Below, one piece after another: positions 16,617 to 24,668 of a DNA stretch of 32,389 bases. The translations under genes and the position numbers were made by a program. The stretch spans positions 1 through 32,389 of the forward strand of contig CAYQVV010000003.1 of the NCBI GenBank assembly GCA_964421155.1. Reading direction: 5' to 3'. The DNA comes from an uncultured Elusimicrobiaceae bacterium. Its GTDB lineage: Bacteria; RUG730. How positions within the stretch are numbered: position 1 is the stretch's first letter; each line of letters begins with the position of its first letter. The notes below the pieces were generated by a model. It was not told the origin of the DNA. It ran no database searches and was given only the letters and a program-made list of their open reading frames with translations.

Positions 16617-16971
16617 GAAAATCGTCATGTTAAAATCTAGATTCTTCGCTTCGCTATGAATGACGAGAAAAAAATTTGTGAAATTTAAACATTTAGCCGA
16701 CAAACAAGAATAAACAATAAAACACCCCGATTGTCGCAATGTTTAGTAAAATTGCAGACTACCCCTCTAAAAGAGGGGAATTTAAATAAAATTTATTGTT
16801 TTGACTAAAGAAAGTTTATAAAAAAGAAGTTAAAAAAAATAAAATTTAATTTTTAATTTTTTTTCGTCGGAAAAAGTTTGAAAATTCTCCATGTGGAGAA
16901 AAATTGTTTGTTTTGTAATAGTCCAATATTTAGAAAAAAAATTATTTAAATTGTAAAAAAAAGGAGAATTT

Positions 16972-17637
16972 ATGTTTCAACAAAAATTGTATGATTTAAG
17001 AATTAAAATAACGGAATATGCAGCCTTTATTCAAAATATGTTTTTAGGAAGTGTTAGAAGTATTTCAACTTTAGACAGAAATATGTTAGAAAACATAATA
17101 CAAAACGATGAAAAAAAAGCAAATAAATATGAATTAGATATTGAAAAATTGTGTACATATTTTATAGCTCAATATGATCCAAAAGCTATAGATTTGCGAA
17201 CATTACTTATGACATTAAAGATAAATAATGACTTGGAAAGAATAGGAGATCATTCTGTAAATATTTCAGAAAGTGGATTGTTTTTAATAGATAGCCAAAA
17301 AATTTCAATAAAAGAAATAAATAGTTTAAATGAAACGATAAATGTTGTTTCTGAAATGTTGAGTTTAGCAATAAAAGCATTTATAGATAAAGATATAAAA
17401 TTGGCTGCTAATATTAGAGAAAAAGATAATATTGTAGATGATTTGCATAGACAAACTTTTAAAGATATGATAGTTCTCATGAAAAAAAATACAGATTTGA
17501 TAGAAGATGCTTTGCATATTATTAGAATTTCTAATAATTTAGAAAGAATAGCAGATTTGACTACTAATATTTGTGAAGATATTGTTTATATTTTTGAGGC
17601 AACTATTTTAAAGCATAAAAGTTTGAAAGATACTTAA
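16972..17637 (+). CDS. phoU: phosphate signalling complex protein PhoU
   Basis: 221 aa. It has the two-fold PhoU repeat with DLERIGDH and NLERIADL motifs. An AAGGAG RBS is present. Confidence 0.93.
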   Translation: MFQQKLYDLRIKITEYAAFIQNMFLGSVRSISTLDRNMLENIIQNDEKKANKYELDIEKLCTYFIAQYDPKAIDLRTLLMTLKINNDLERIGDHSVNISESGLFLIDSQKISIKEINSLNETINVVSEMLSLAIKAFIDKDIKLAANIREKDNIVDDLHRQTFKDMIVLMKKNTDLIEDALHIIRISNNLERIADLTTNICEDIVYIFEATILKHKSLKDT

Positions 17638-17674
17638 CCATTATAATTAAATTTTTAATTAATTTTAATATCTT

Positions 17675-17707
17675 AAAAGGAACGGTTTTTTAGCCGTTCC
17701 TTTTTTT
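17675..17707 (+). terminator. rho-independent terminator after phoU
   Basis: The stem is GGAACGG (17679-17685) / CCGTTCC (17694-17700), extended by flanking A/T pairs and followed by a T7 tract (17701-17707). Confidence 0.75.
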
Positions 17708-17762
17708 ATTTTTAAATAAAAAAATATTTAAATTTTTTCAATGAATATAGTATAATATAAAA
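17681..17762 (+). repeat. 82-bp direct repeat, left copy (identical to 23404-23485)
   Basis: A character-by-character comparison by eye found the 82-bp core identical. It includes the 3' half of the phoU terminator and a TATAAT box. Weaker homology extends outward: 17649-17665 = 23374-23390, and ATTACATT lies downstream of both copies. Confidence 0.9.
17728..17756 (+). promoter_or_regulatory. possible sigma70-type promoter inside the left repeat (TTAAAT-17-TATAAT)
   Basis: There is a perfect TATAAT at 17751-17756 and a weak -35 (TTAAAT) 17 nt upstream, 121 nt before the helicase ATG. Such hexamers arise easily in AT-rich DNA. Confidence 0.3.
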
Positions 17763-17876
17763 TTATATACTATTACATTATTTGAAGTTTTATTTTAATA
17801 AAATTTTTATTTTTTTTATGATGTGGGGGAAGTAAAGTATAAATATTAATTGTATTATATTTTGTGGAGTTATATT

Positions 17877-20800
17877 ATGTTCAATATTGATTTAAAGTTA
17901 GATAATTGGAAAAAAAGACTGTTAGATTTAGGAAAAAGAAATCGTTTAATTAACTATCGAGAAACAAAAAGATCTAATTTGAATATTACTGTTCCTAATT
18001 ATGTTGATCTTTTCGAAAAAATTGTAGTGGACGAGCAAGTTTTGATTTTTCCATATCCTGTTGATAAAAGATTTGATGAAGAGGATTTAATTAAATCTAA
18101 AACGGAGATTATTAAGGGGGATTTGGAAACTGATAGAACAATCAAGGAACAACAAAAAACACTTAAATCTTTAAGAGAAAAAGCAAAAACAGCAATTGAG
18201 GAACAAGGGGTCAATATTCTTTATCTTTCATTTGGGTTTTTAAAATGGTATGAAAATACTGATTCATCTCAAATGATTGTATCTCCTATTGTTTTGGTCC
18301 CTGTTACTCTTACAATAGAATCCATTTCTGATCCATATAAAATGTCTTTACACGAAGATGAAATTGTAATTAATCCAACACTTTCACATAAACTTAATAA
18401 CGATAGGGGTTTAAATTTACCAGAATTTGATGCTCAAAAAGATAGCATTGAAAACTATTTGATGGAAATATCAAAGCTTGTGAAAAAAGAGGGATTCACT
18501 ATTGATACTAATGTTAGTTTATCTTTGCTCTCATTTTTAAAAATTAATATGTATTATGATCTCGATAAACATACTGAAAAAATTAAAAATCACAATATTA
18601 TAAAAGCATTATGTAGAGATAATAGTTCAATAGAGCATGTTTCTGAAACAATGAATAATTATGATCATGATAATAACCAAAGACCTGTTGATATCTATCA
18701 AGTAGTTGATGCGGATTCAAGTCAACAGGATGCTGTAGTTCTTTCAAAAAAAGGTATCAGCTTTGTTTTGCAAGGCCCTCCGGGAACAGGGAAAAGTCAA
18801 ACAATTACTAATATTATTTCTGAAGCATTAGCGGATGATAAAAAAGTTTTATTTGTATCGGAAAAGAAGGCAGCACTCGAGGTAGTACATAAAAGATTGA
18901 CTTTAGCTAAACTTTCTGATTTTTGTTTAATCCTACACAATCATAAGGCAATTAAAAGAGAAATTTTAAAAAGTTTAGAGGATACAATAAATCTTGATAA
19001 AGTATCTGTAAAAGAAAATGCCATTTATCAATTAGAAGTTTTAAACAATGAACGAAAAAAGTTAAATGAATATAGCTGTCAGTTACATACAAAAATTATG
19101 CCATTAAATAAAACAATTTATGAAGTAAATGGTATATTGGCAAAGCTTACATATGCACCTGATGTAATATTTTTATTGGAGAATGTTGAGCAAACTACCC
19201 CTGAACAACTAAGAAAATACTTGTATTTAATATCTGAGTTGACTAAGACTATTGGGAAAATGACTAGTGATTACAATTCGAATCCATGGAAAGGTAGTAA
19301 TGTTAAATATATTTCTCACGAACTTCGTCATAATATTGAGACATATTTAAAAAAAATAAAACTACAATTGCCTCAAATGACAGACAAAATACAAAGTGAT
19401 TTAAACTCACTTTGTATTGAAAATAATTTACTGGTTGGAGAATTTGAGGATTTTATAGTGTTTTTAAAATTTTGTGCAACATCGCCAAAAGTTCCGAAAG
19501 AATGGTTGTCAAATAATGATATACAAGTTCTTTCTGATAAAGCTAAAGAGTTAAATATTAATAGAAAAGAATATTTGACTCTTTTGAAAGAATTGAGTGA
19601 GTTATATAAATCTGATGTTTTTGATATTAATGCGAAACAAATTAGTTTTCAATTGTCAAATGCTTTTACGGATATGTTTAAACTATTAAGTAGTAATTAT
19701 AATAATGAAAAAATTATTTTTGATAACGCAGATCGTTTAATATCTTTGTGCCAAAAAACAAATAAAAATTTTGAGAATCTTTTAGTAGCATCTGGAACAA
19801 TAGCTAAAAGTTTACAATTAAAAGAACCTGTAAATATTACGGAAATTCAAAAAATTTATGAATTTGCAGAAATTTTTAATCAAAAAATTCATCCAAAAGA
19901 ATCTTGGTTTTCTCAAGACACAAAAAAGACACTTCTTGATTTTCTTGAACAGGCAAAAGAAAATCAAAATTTACTAAATACATTAAAATCAGAAATATTT
20001 GAAAAATATGAAAAAGAAATTTTGAATATTTCTTTTTATGACATGCTCAAAAGATTCAAAACCGACTATATTTCATTGTTTAAAATTTTTAATAAAGCAT
20101 ACAGAAAAGATAAAAAAGAAATAAAATCACTTTGCATTATTCCTGTCAAAAAAATTTCGGACAAAGACATTATCGAGCTACTTTGTAAAATTAAAATTTT
20201 TAAAGAAAAACAGCAATGGTTTAAAGATAATGAAGGTTTTTTTATAGAAAATTTTGGAACTTTATATGTTGGAGAACAAACAAATTATCTTGAAATTGAA
20301 AAGAGATTTCTTTTGCTAGATAGTGTTACGAATTATTTTAATGGCATAATTCCTGAAAACATAAAACATATGCTTTTAAATCATAATAATTATCAAAGTT
20401 TTGGTCAAGAAGTTCAAGCAATAAATGAAATTATAAAGTTAGAAAATTTGATGCTACAAAATGAATATCAATCTATTTTATCAGAGACACAGAATTTTAA
20501 AGATTGCTCCCTCGAGTTAATTATAGAAAAAAATATTCGTATAATTAAGTTATTGTCTGATTGTAAAAAAGCAATACAGCCTTTGTTTTCATTTGCGAAA
20601 GATAACAAAAATTATGATTTTCATAGTGAAAGTCTTTCAAAACTTATTAGATTGCAAGAAATTAAATCTGATATAGAATTAAATGCTTCTGCTTTTAAAG
20701 AAGAATTAAAGTTTTTTTATAATGGAATAGATACAGATTGGGAAAAGGTATTATCTTCACTTTTATGGACGAATAAATTAAAAGAATATATAGAACACTA

Positions 20801-23387
20801 TCATTTGACAAAAGATTTCCAATATAAAATAATATCAGAAGATTTGGCAATAAAAAAAACATATGAGTTAGCTTTGTATATACAATCTTTTGGAAACAAT
20901 ATTTTTAAGGATATTTATTGGTTTGATTCTTTATTTGATGAAGAATATAGTATAAAAAAAATCAATTTATATGCTTTACAAGATAGAGTTCAAACCTGTT
21001 TGGATAGTTTGACAGGATTAGAAGAATGGATAGATTTTAAAACTGCTAAAGAAAATTGTGAAGAGGAAGGGTTATCAGAATTTATAAATGTAATCATTGA
21101 ACAAAATATTGATAAATTTATGATTGAAAATGCTTTTAAAAAGTATTTTTATAGATTGTGGCTCGATAAAGTTTTACCAAATTATCCTGCTGTCTATTCA
21201 TTTAGAAGTCGTGACCAAGAAGAAAAGATAAAACAATTTTCTAACATTGATAAGGAACAAATGCAAATTGCAAGTTTGAGGATAAGGGAAAAACTTATTA
21301 ACAAGTTGCCTGATTTTGGTAGTATAACATCGGCATATGGAGAAGTTGGTATATTAAAACGAGAACTTGGAAAGCAAAAAAAAATAATGCCTATTAGAAA
21401 ACTTTTTGAGAAAATTCCTACTTTATTACCTTGTCTGAAACCATGTCTTATGATGTCTCCTTTATCAGTAAGTTTATTTTTACAATCAGATATTTATAAT
21501 TTTGATATGGTTATTTTTGATGAAGCTTCACAGGTATGTACAGAAAATGCTATTGGTGCAATCATGAGAGCTAAACAAGTTATTATTGCAGGAGACAGTA
21601 AACAGTTGCCACCTACAAATTTTTTTAATGCTTCGATATCTGATGGAGATTATGATACTGAAGATGATGAAATCGAAGATTCTTGTTCTTTTGAATCTGT
21701 ACTTGATGAGGCGGTAACAGTATTACCTGAACGGTCTTTAAAATGGCATTATAGAAGTAAACATGAAGATTTAATCGCATTTTCTAATGCTAAAATATAT
21801 AACAATTCGCTAATAACCTTTCCTTCTCATATAGATAAAGGAGCTGATAATGGTGTTGAATATATTTTTGTTGAAGATGGGGTTTATGATCGTCAAGGTA
21901 AGAAAAACAATATCACTGAGGCAAAAAAAGTTGCAAAAATGATATTTGAACATATTACAATTTACCCAACTCGTTCTCTTGGAGTTATTACATTTAGCGA
22001 ATCTCAGAAACATGCTGTTGATGTTGCGGTAGAGGAACTCAGGAAGCAAAATCCGCAATATGAAGAATTTTTTAGGGAGGATAAAAAAGAAGAATTTTTT
22101 GTAAAAAATATTGAAACGGTGCAAGGTGACGAAAGAGATACAATAATTTTTAGTATTGGTTATGCAAAAGATGCCAATGGTGTTATGTCTTTGAATTTAG
22201 GACCGCTTAATAAACAGGGTGGAGAAAGACGGCTTAATGTTGCAATAACTAGAGCAAAATACAATATGAAATTAGTAGGTTCAATTCAGCCAACAGACAT
22301 CAAGACTGAAGATAGTAATTCTGAGGGACTTAAACTGCTGAGATCGTATATTGAGTTTGCAATTACTGGAAAGAGTGTATTGGTAAATGAAATTACATGT
22401 GATAAAAATATACATTTCGACTCTCCTTTTGAAGAATCTGTATATGATTTTTTAAAAATGAAGGGATATAGATTAAAGACACAAGTTGGATGCTCTGGTT
22501 ATAAAATTGATCTTGCAGTCTATCATCCTATACTTGATGGTAGATTTGTGCTTGGTGTTGAGTGTGATGGTGCGACATATCATTCTTCTCGTACAGCTAG
22601 AGAACGCGATCGTCTAAGACAAGATGTGCTTGAAGATATTGGTTGGCGAATATATCGTATTTGGTCTACTGATTGGATAAAAGACCATATTACTGAAGGA
22701 AAAAAGCTATTGGATGTAATAGAAAAAGCTATAGCAGAATATCAAGAAGAAAATTTTTGTATGAGTTCTTATAAATCGAAACAATGTATCGAAGAATTTT
22801 CTATTGATAATTATTTAATAAGAGAAAATAAAGACATTGAACAGACGAATAATAATTTTTGTTTTGATTATTATAAAGAGGTGGATATATTTGAAATTAA
22901 AAGAAGTTCTGATTATTTTATTTATATTTGTGATGTATTTTATCATATAGTTAAAAATGAATATCCTATACATTTTGAATTATTGTGTAAAAGAATAGCT
23001 CCATTGTTTGGAAATCAAAAATCAACAATAAAAATTAGAAGAGAAATCGATTATGTTTTACAACGAATGAGTAAGAAAGTATATTTTAAAAATAATTATT
23101 TATACCTTGTAAATGGGGGAGAAATTATTCCTCGTATACCAAAACAAGGAGAACTTCCTAGACCGATTAATTATATTTGTTCTGAAGAACTAGCAAAAGC
23201 AATGTTAGTTATTATTTCAAAAAGTTATGGATTAACGAAAGAAAGTCTATATCAAATAACTTCTCGTGAGTTTGGGTTTAATCGCATAGGGAATAATATT
23301 GTTGTAATCTTAGATGAAGCTTTTGATTTGAATTTGAAATTGTCAAAAATACAAATTATTGAAAATAAACTTAAAATTTTTAATTAA
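17877..23387 (+). CDS. giant DUF4011 / Upf1-like SF1 helicase (AAA_11 + AAA_12) / Vsr-DUF559-type endonuclease / DUF3320 fusion protein
   Basis: The start is set at ATG 17877, with GGAG at 17866-17869 and 7-nt spacing. The N-terminus W.KRLLDLGKRNRLINYR and LYLSFGFLKW...SPIVLVPV are DUF4011 hallmarks. Walker A is LQGPPGTGKSQT (nt ~18774). Motif II is VIFDEASQ (nt ~21510), followed by IIAGDSKQLPPT. The 2A-domain motifs are WHYRS, TVQGDERD and RRLNVAITRAK. Next comes YKIDLAV...LGVECDGATYHSSRTARERDRLRQDVLEDIGWRIYRIWSTDW, which is the DUF559/MTES_1575 PD-(D/E)xK fold. A C-terminal DUF3320-like tail completes the protein. Confidence 0.85.
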   Translation: MFNIDLKLDNWKKRLLDLGKRNRLINYRETKRSNLNITVPNYVDLFEKIVVDEQVLIFPYPVDKRFDEEDLIKSKTEIIKGDLETDRTIKEQQKTLKSLREKAKTAIEEQGVNILYLSFGFLKWYENTDSSQMIVSPIVLVPVTLTIESISDPYKMSLHEDEIVINPTLSHKLNNDRGLNLPEFDAQKDSIENYLMEISKLVKKEGFTIDTNVSLSLLSFLKINMYYDLDKHTEKIKNHNIIKALCRDNSSIEHVSETMNNYDHDNNQRPVDIYQVVDADSSQQDAVVLSKKGISFVLQGPPGTGKSQTITNIISEALADDKKVLFVSEKKAALEVVHKRLTLAKLSDFCLILHNHKAIKREILKSLEDTINLDKVSVKENAIYQLEVLNNERKKLNEYSCQLHTKIMPLNKTIYEVNGILAKLTYAPDVIFLLENVEQTTPEQLRKYLYLISELTKTIGKMTSDYNSNPWKGSNVKYISHELRHNIETYLKKIKLQLPQMTDKIQSDLNSLCIENNLLVGEFEDFIVFLKFCATSPKVPKEWLSNNDIQVLSDKAKELNINRKEYLTLLKELSELYKSDVFDINAKQISFQLSNAFTDMFKLLSSNYNNEKIIFDNADRLISLCQKTNKNFENLLVASGTIAKSLQLKEPVNITEIQKIYEFAEIFNQKIHPKESWFSQDTKKTLLDFLEQAKENQNLLNTLKSEIFEKYEKEILNISFYDMLKRFKTDYISLFKIFNKAYRKDKKEIKSLCIIPVKKISDKDIIELLCKIKIFKEKQQWFKDNEGFFIENFGTLYVGEQTNYLEIEKRFLLLDSVTNYFNGIIPENIKHMLLNHNNYQSFGQEVQAINEIIKLENLMLQNEYQSILSETQNFKDCSLELIIEKNIRIIKLLSDCKKAIQPLFSFAKDNKNYDFHSESLSKLIRLQEIKSDIELNASAFKEELKFFYNGIDTDWEKVLSSLLWTNKLKEYIEHYHLTKDFQYKIISEDLAIKKTYELALYIQSFGNNIFKDIYWFDSLFDEEYSIKKINLYALQDRVQTCLDSLTGLEEWIDFKTAKENCEEEGLSEFINVIIEQNIDKFMIENAFKKYFYRLWLDKVLPNYPAVYSFRSRDQEEKIKQFSNIDKEQMQIASLRIREKLINKLPDFGSITSAYGEVGILKRELGKQKKIMPIRKLFEKIPTLLPCLKPCLMMSPLSVSLFLQSDIYNFDMVIFDEASQVCTENAIGAIMRAKQVIIAGDSKQLPPTNFFNASISDGDYDTEDDEIEDSCSFESVLDEAVTVLPERSLKWHYRSKHEDLIAFSNAKIYNNSLITFPSHIDKGADNGVEYIFVEDGVYDRQGKKNNITEAKKVAKMIFEHITIYPTRSLGVITFSESQKHAVDVAVEELRKQNPQYEEFFREDKKEEFFVKNIETVQGDERDTIIFSIGYAKDANGVMSLNLGPLNKQGGERRLNVAITRAKYNMKLVGSIQPTDIKTEDSNSEGLKLLRSYIEFAITGKSVLVNEITCDKNIHFDSPFEESVYDFLKMKGYRLKTQVGCSGYKIDLAVYHPILDGRFVLGVECDGATYHSSRTARERDRLRQDVLEDIGWRIYRIWSTDWIKDHITEGKKLLDVIEKAIAEYQEENFCMSSYKSKQCIEEFSIDNYLIRENKDIEQTNNNFCFDYYKEVDIFEIKRSSDYFIYICDVFYHIVKNEYPIHFELLCKRIAPLFGNQKSTIKIRREIDYVLQRMSKKVYFKNNYLYLVNGGEIIPRIPKQGELPRPINYICSEELAKAMLVIISKSYGLTKESLYQITSREFGFNRIGNNIVVILDEAFDLNLKLSKIQIIENKLKIFN

Positions 23388-23400
23388 TTTAAATTTTTTT

Positions 23401-23430
23401 AGCAACGGTTTTTTAGCCGTTCCTTTTTTT
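23401..23430 (+). terminator. weakened copy of the phoU-type terminator after the helicase gene
   Basis: The 3' arm and T7 tract are the same as at 17694-17707, but the 5' arm reads GCAACGG instead of GGAACGG, giving one mismatch in the stem. Confidence 0.4.
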
Positions 23431-23485
23431 ATTTTTAAATAAAAAAATATTTAAATTTTTTCAATGAATATAGTATAATATAAAA
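23404..23485 (+). repeat. 82-bp direct repeat, right copy (identical to 17681-17762)
   Basis: See the left copy. The offset between the copies is 5723 bp. Confidence 0.9.
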
Positions 23486-23618
23486 ATTACATTTATAATT
23501 ATCTAAAATTACTTAAATAAAAAAAATGTTTAGAGAAAATAAAGAAATATTTGTCATTTTTGAGAAATTAGGAATTTATATTGGAATATATTATCCAATT
23601 TAGAGGCATTTATAAAAT

Positions 23619-24668
23619 ATGGAAAAACAATTGATTACAAAAAATAATCAGCTATTTGTTCGGGTAGCAGAGATTATAGACATTGCTCGTAAAAAAGTTG
23701 TTAGTAGTGTAAATTTGACTATGGTTCATACTTATTTTGAGATAGGCAGAATGATTATTGAAGATGAGCAACAAGGTAAAGAAAGAGCAGAGTATGGAAA
23801 ATTTGTATTAAAAGATTTATCAAAACAGCTTACAGAAAAATTTGGCAAAGGTTTTTCACCGGATAATTTAGAAAATATGCGAAAATTTTATCTTGCTTAT
23901 TCAATTTCCGAGACAGTGTCTAGGAAATTTATTTTAAGCTGGTCTCATTATCTTGTTTTAATGAAAATAGAAAATCCACAAGAACGAAGTTTCTATGAAA
24001 TAGAATCTGCTGAAAATGATTGGAGTTTGAGGGAATTGAAAAGACAGTATAATTCAAGTCTTTATGAAAGATTAGCCTTAAGCCGAGATAAAGACGAAGT
24101 AATGAAACTAGCAACTGCTGGAAATATAATCGTAAATCCCTCAGATATTCTGAAAAATCCATTAACATTAGAATTTTTAGGACTAGAGGAAAAAGCGAAA
24201 TATTCTGAAACAGATTTGGAAGATGGGATAATCTCAAAATTACAACATTTTTTGTTAGAACTAGGAAAAGGTTTTTTATTTGAAGCTAGGCAAAAACGAT
24301 TTACTTTTGACGATAAAAATTTTTTTGTTGATTTAGTTTTTTACAATCGGCTTTTACAATGTTATGTTTTAATAGATTTAAAAATAGATGAATTGTCACA
24401 TCAAGATTTAGGACAAATGCAAATGTATGTAAATTATTACGATAGATTTATAAAAAAAGATTTTGAGAACCCAACGATTGGTATTTTATTATGCAAGAAA
24501 AAACAGACAGCACTTGTCGAATTAACTTTGCCAAAAGATGCAAATATTTATGCCTCAGAATACAGCTTATATTTACCAGACAAAAAATTATTACAACAAA
24601 AATTAAATGAATGGCTGATTGAATTTGAAAATAATGAGCTGGATTCTAAATCTAGGAGGAAGAAATAA
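23619..24668 (+). CDS. YhcG-like PD-(D/E)xK nuclease (DUF1016 family)
   Basis: 349 aa. The N-terminal V...N..MV..YF.IGR.I...Q.G..RAEYGK..L..LS..L...FGKGFS..NL..MR.FY is the DUF1016 signature. The C-terminal FVDLVFYN....CYVLIDLK supplies the D...(D/E)xK nuclease core. Confidence 0.85.
   Translation: MEKQLITKNNQLFVRVAEIIDIARKKVVSSVNLTMVHTYFEIGRMIIEDEQQGKERAEYGKFVLKDLSKQLTEKFGKGFSPDNLENMRKFYLAYSISETVSRKFILSWSHYLVLMKIENPQERSFYEIESAENDWSLRELKRQYNSSLYERLALSRDKDEVMKLATAGNIIVNPSDILKNPLTLEFLGLEEKAKYSETDLEDGIISKLQHFLLELGKGFLFEARQKRFTFDDKNFFVDLVFYNRLLQCYVLIDLKIDELSHQDLGQMQMYVNYYDRFIKKDFENPTIGILLCKKKQTALVELTLPKDANIYASEYSLYLPDKKLLQQKLNEWLIEFENNELDSKSRRKK

Noticed and set aside
15979-16721. A possible CRISPR array, given the recurring GCCG..ACA-containing motifs.
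   Set aside because: The repeats are only ~10-13 nt at the conserved core, irregularly spaced, and present in both orientations. They are embedded in longer non-identical modules. No cas genes are present.
15789-16971. A tRNA, tmRNA, RNase P, SRP or 6S RNA gene hidden in the long spacer. For example, GCGACGACGGGGATT superficially recalls the tmRNA 5' region, and GTTCGCAAT recalls a T-loop.
   Set aside because: I could not assemble an acceptor stem, a T-arm GTTCRANYC with matching stems, a tag-peptide frame, or the conserved RNase P or SRP boxes. The T-loop-like string is part of the palindromic repeat. A covariance-model scan is still needed to be sure.
17850-17876. The TTG start given in the ORF track for the helicase gene (MYYILWSYI...).
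   Set aside because: The in-frame ATG at 17877 is preceded by GGAG at 7-nt spacing. It begins exactly at the conserved DUF4011 N-terminal sequence (MFNIDLKLDNWKKRLLDLGKRNRL). The nine extra codons have no RBS.
17681-23485. The 82-bp direct repeats read as a transposon target-site duplication or as att sites of an integrated element.
   Set aside because: Eighty-two bp or more is far longer than any target-site duplication. There are no terminal inverted repeats, and no transposase, integrase or recombinase gene lies inside or beside the segment. Duplication or homologous-recombination capture is more consistent with what is visible.
23526-23603. A 25-codon ORF (MFRENKEIFVIFEKLGIYIGIYYPI) between the right repeat and the DUF1016 gene, considered as a possible small partner or antitoxin-like gene.
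   Set aside because: It has no RBS, since the preceding sequence is poly-A. There is no conserved motif, and ORFs of this length arise by chance.
17877-24668. The island read as a prophage remnant or an integrative element.
   Set aside because: There are no phage structural, replication, integrase or tRNA-att features. Only two genes are present, and both encode nucleic-acid enzymes.
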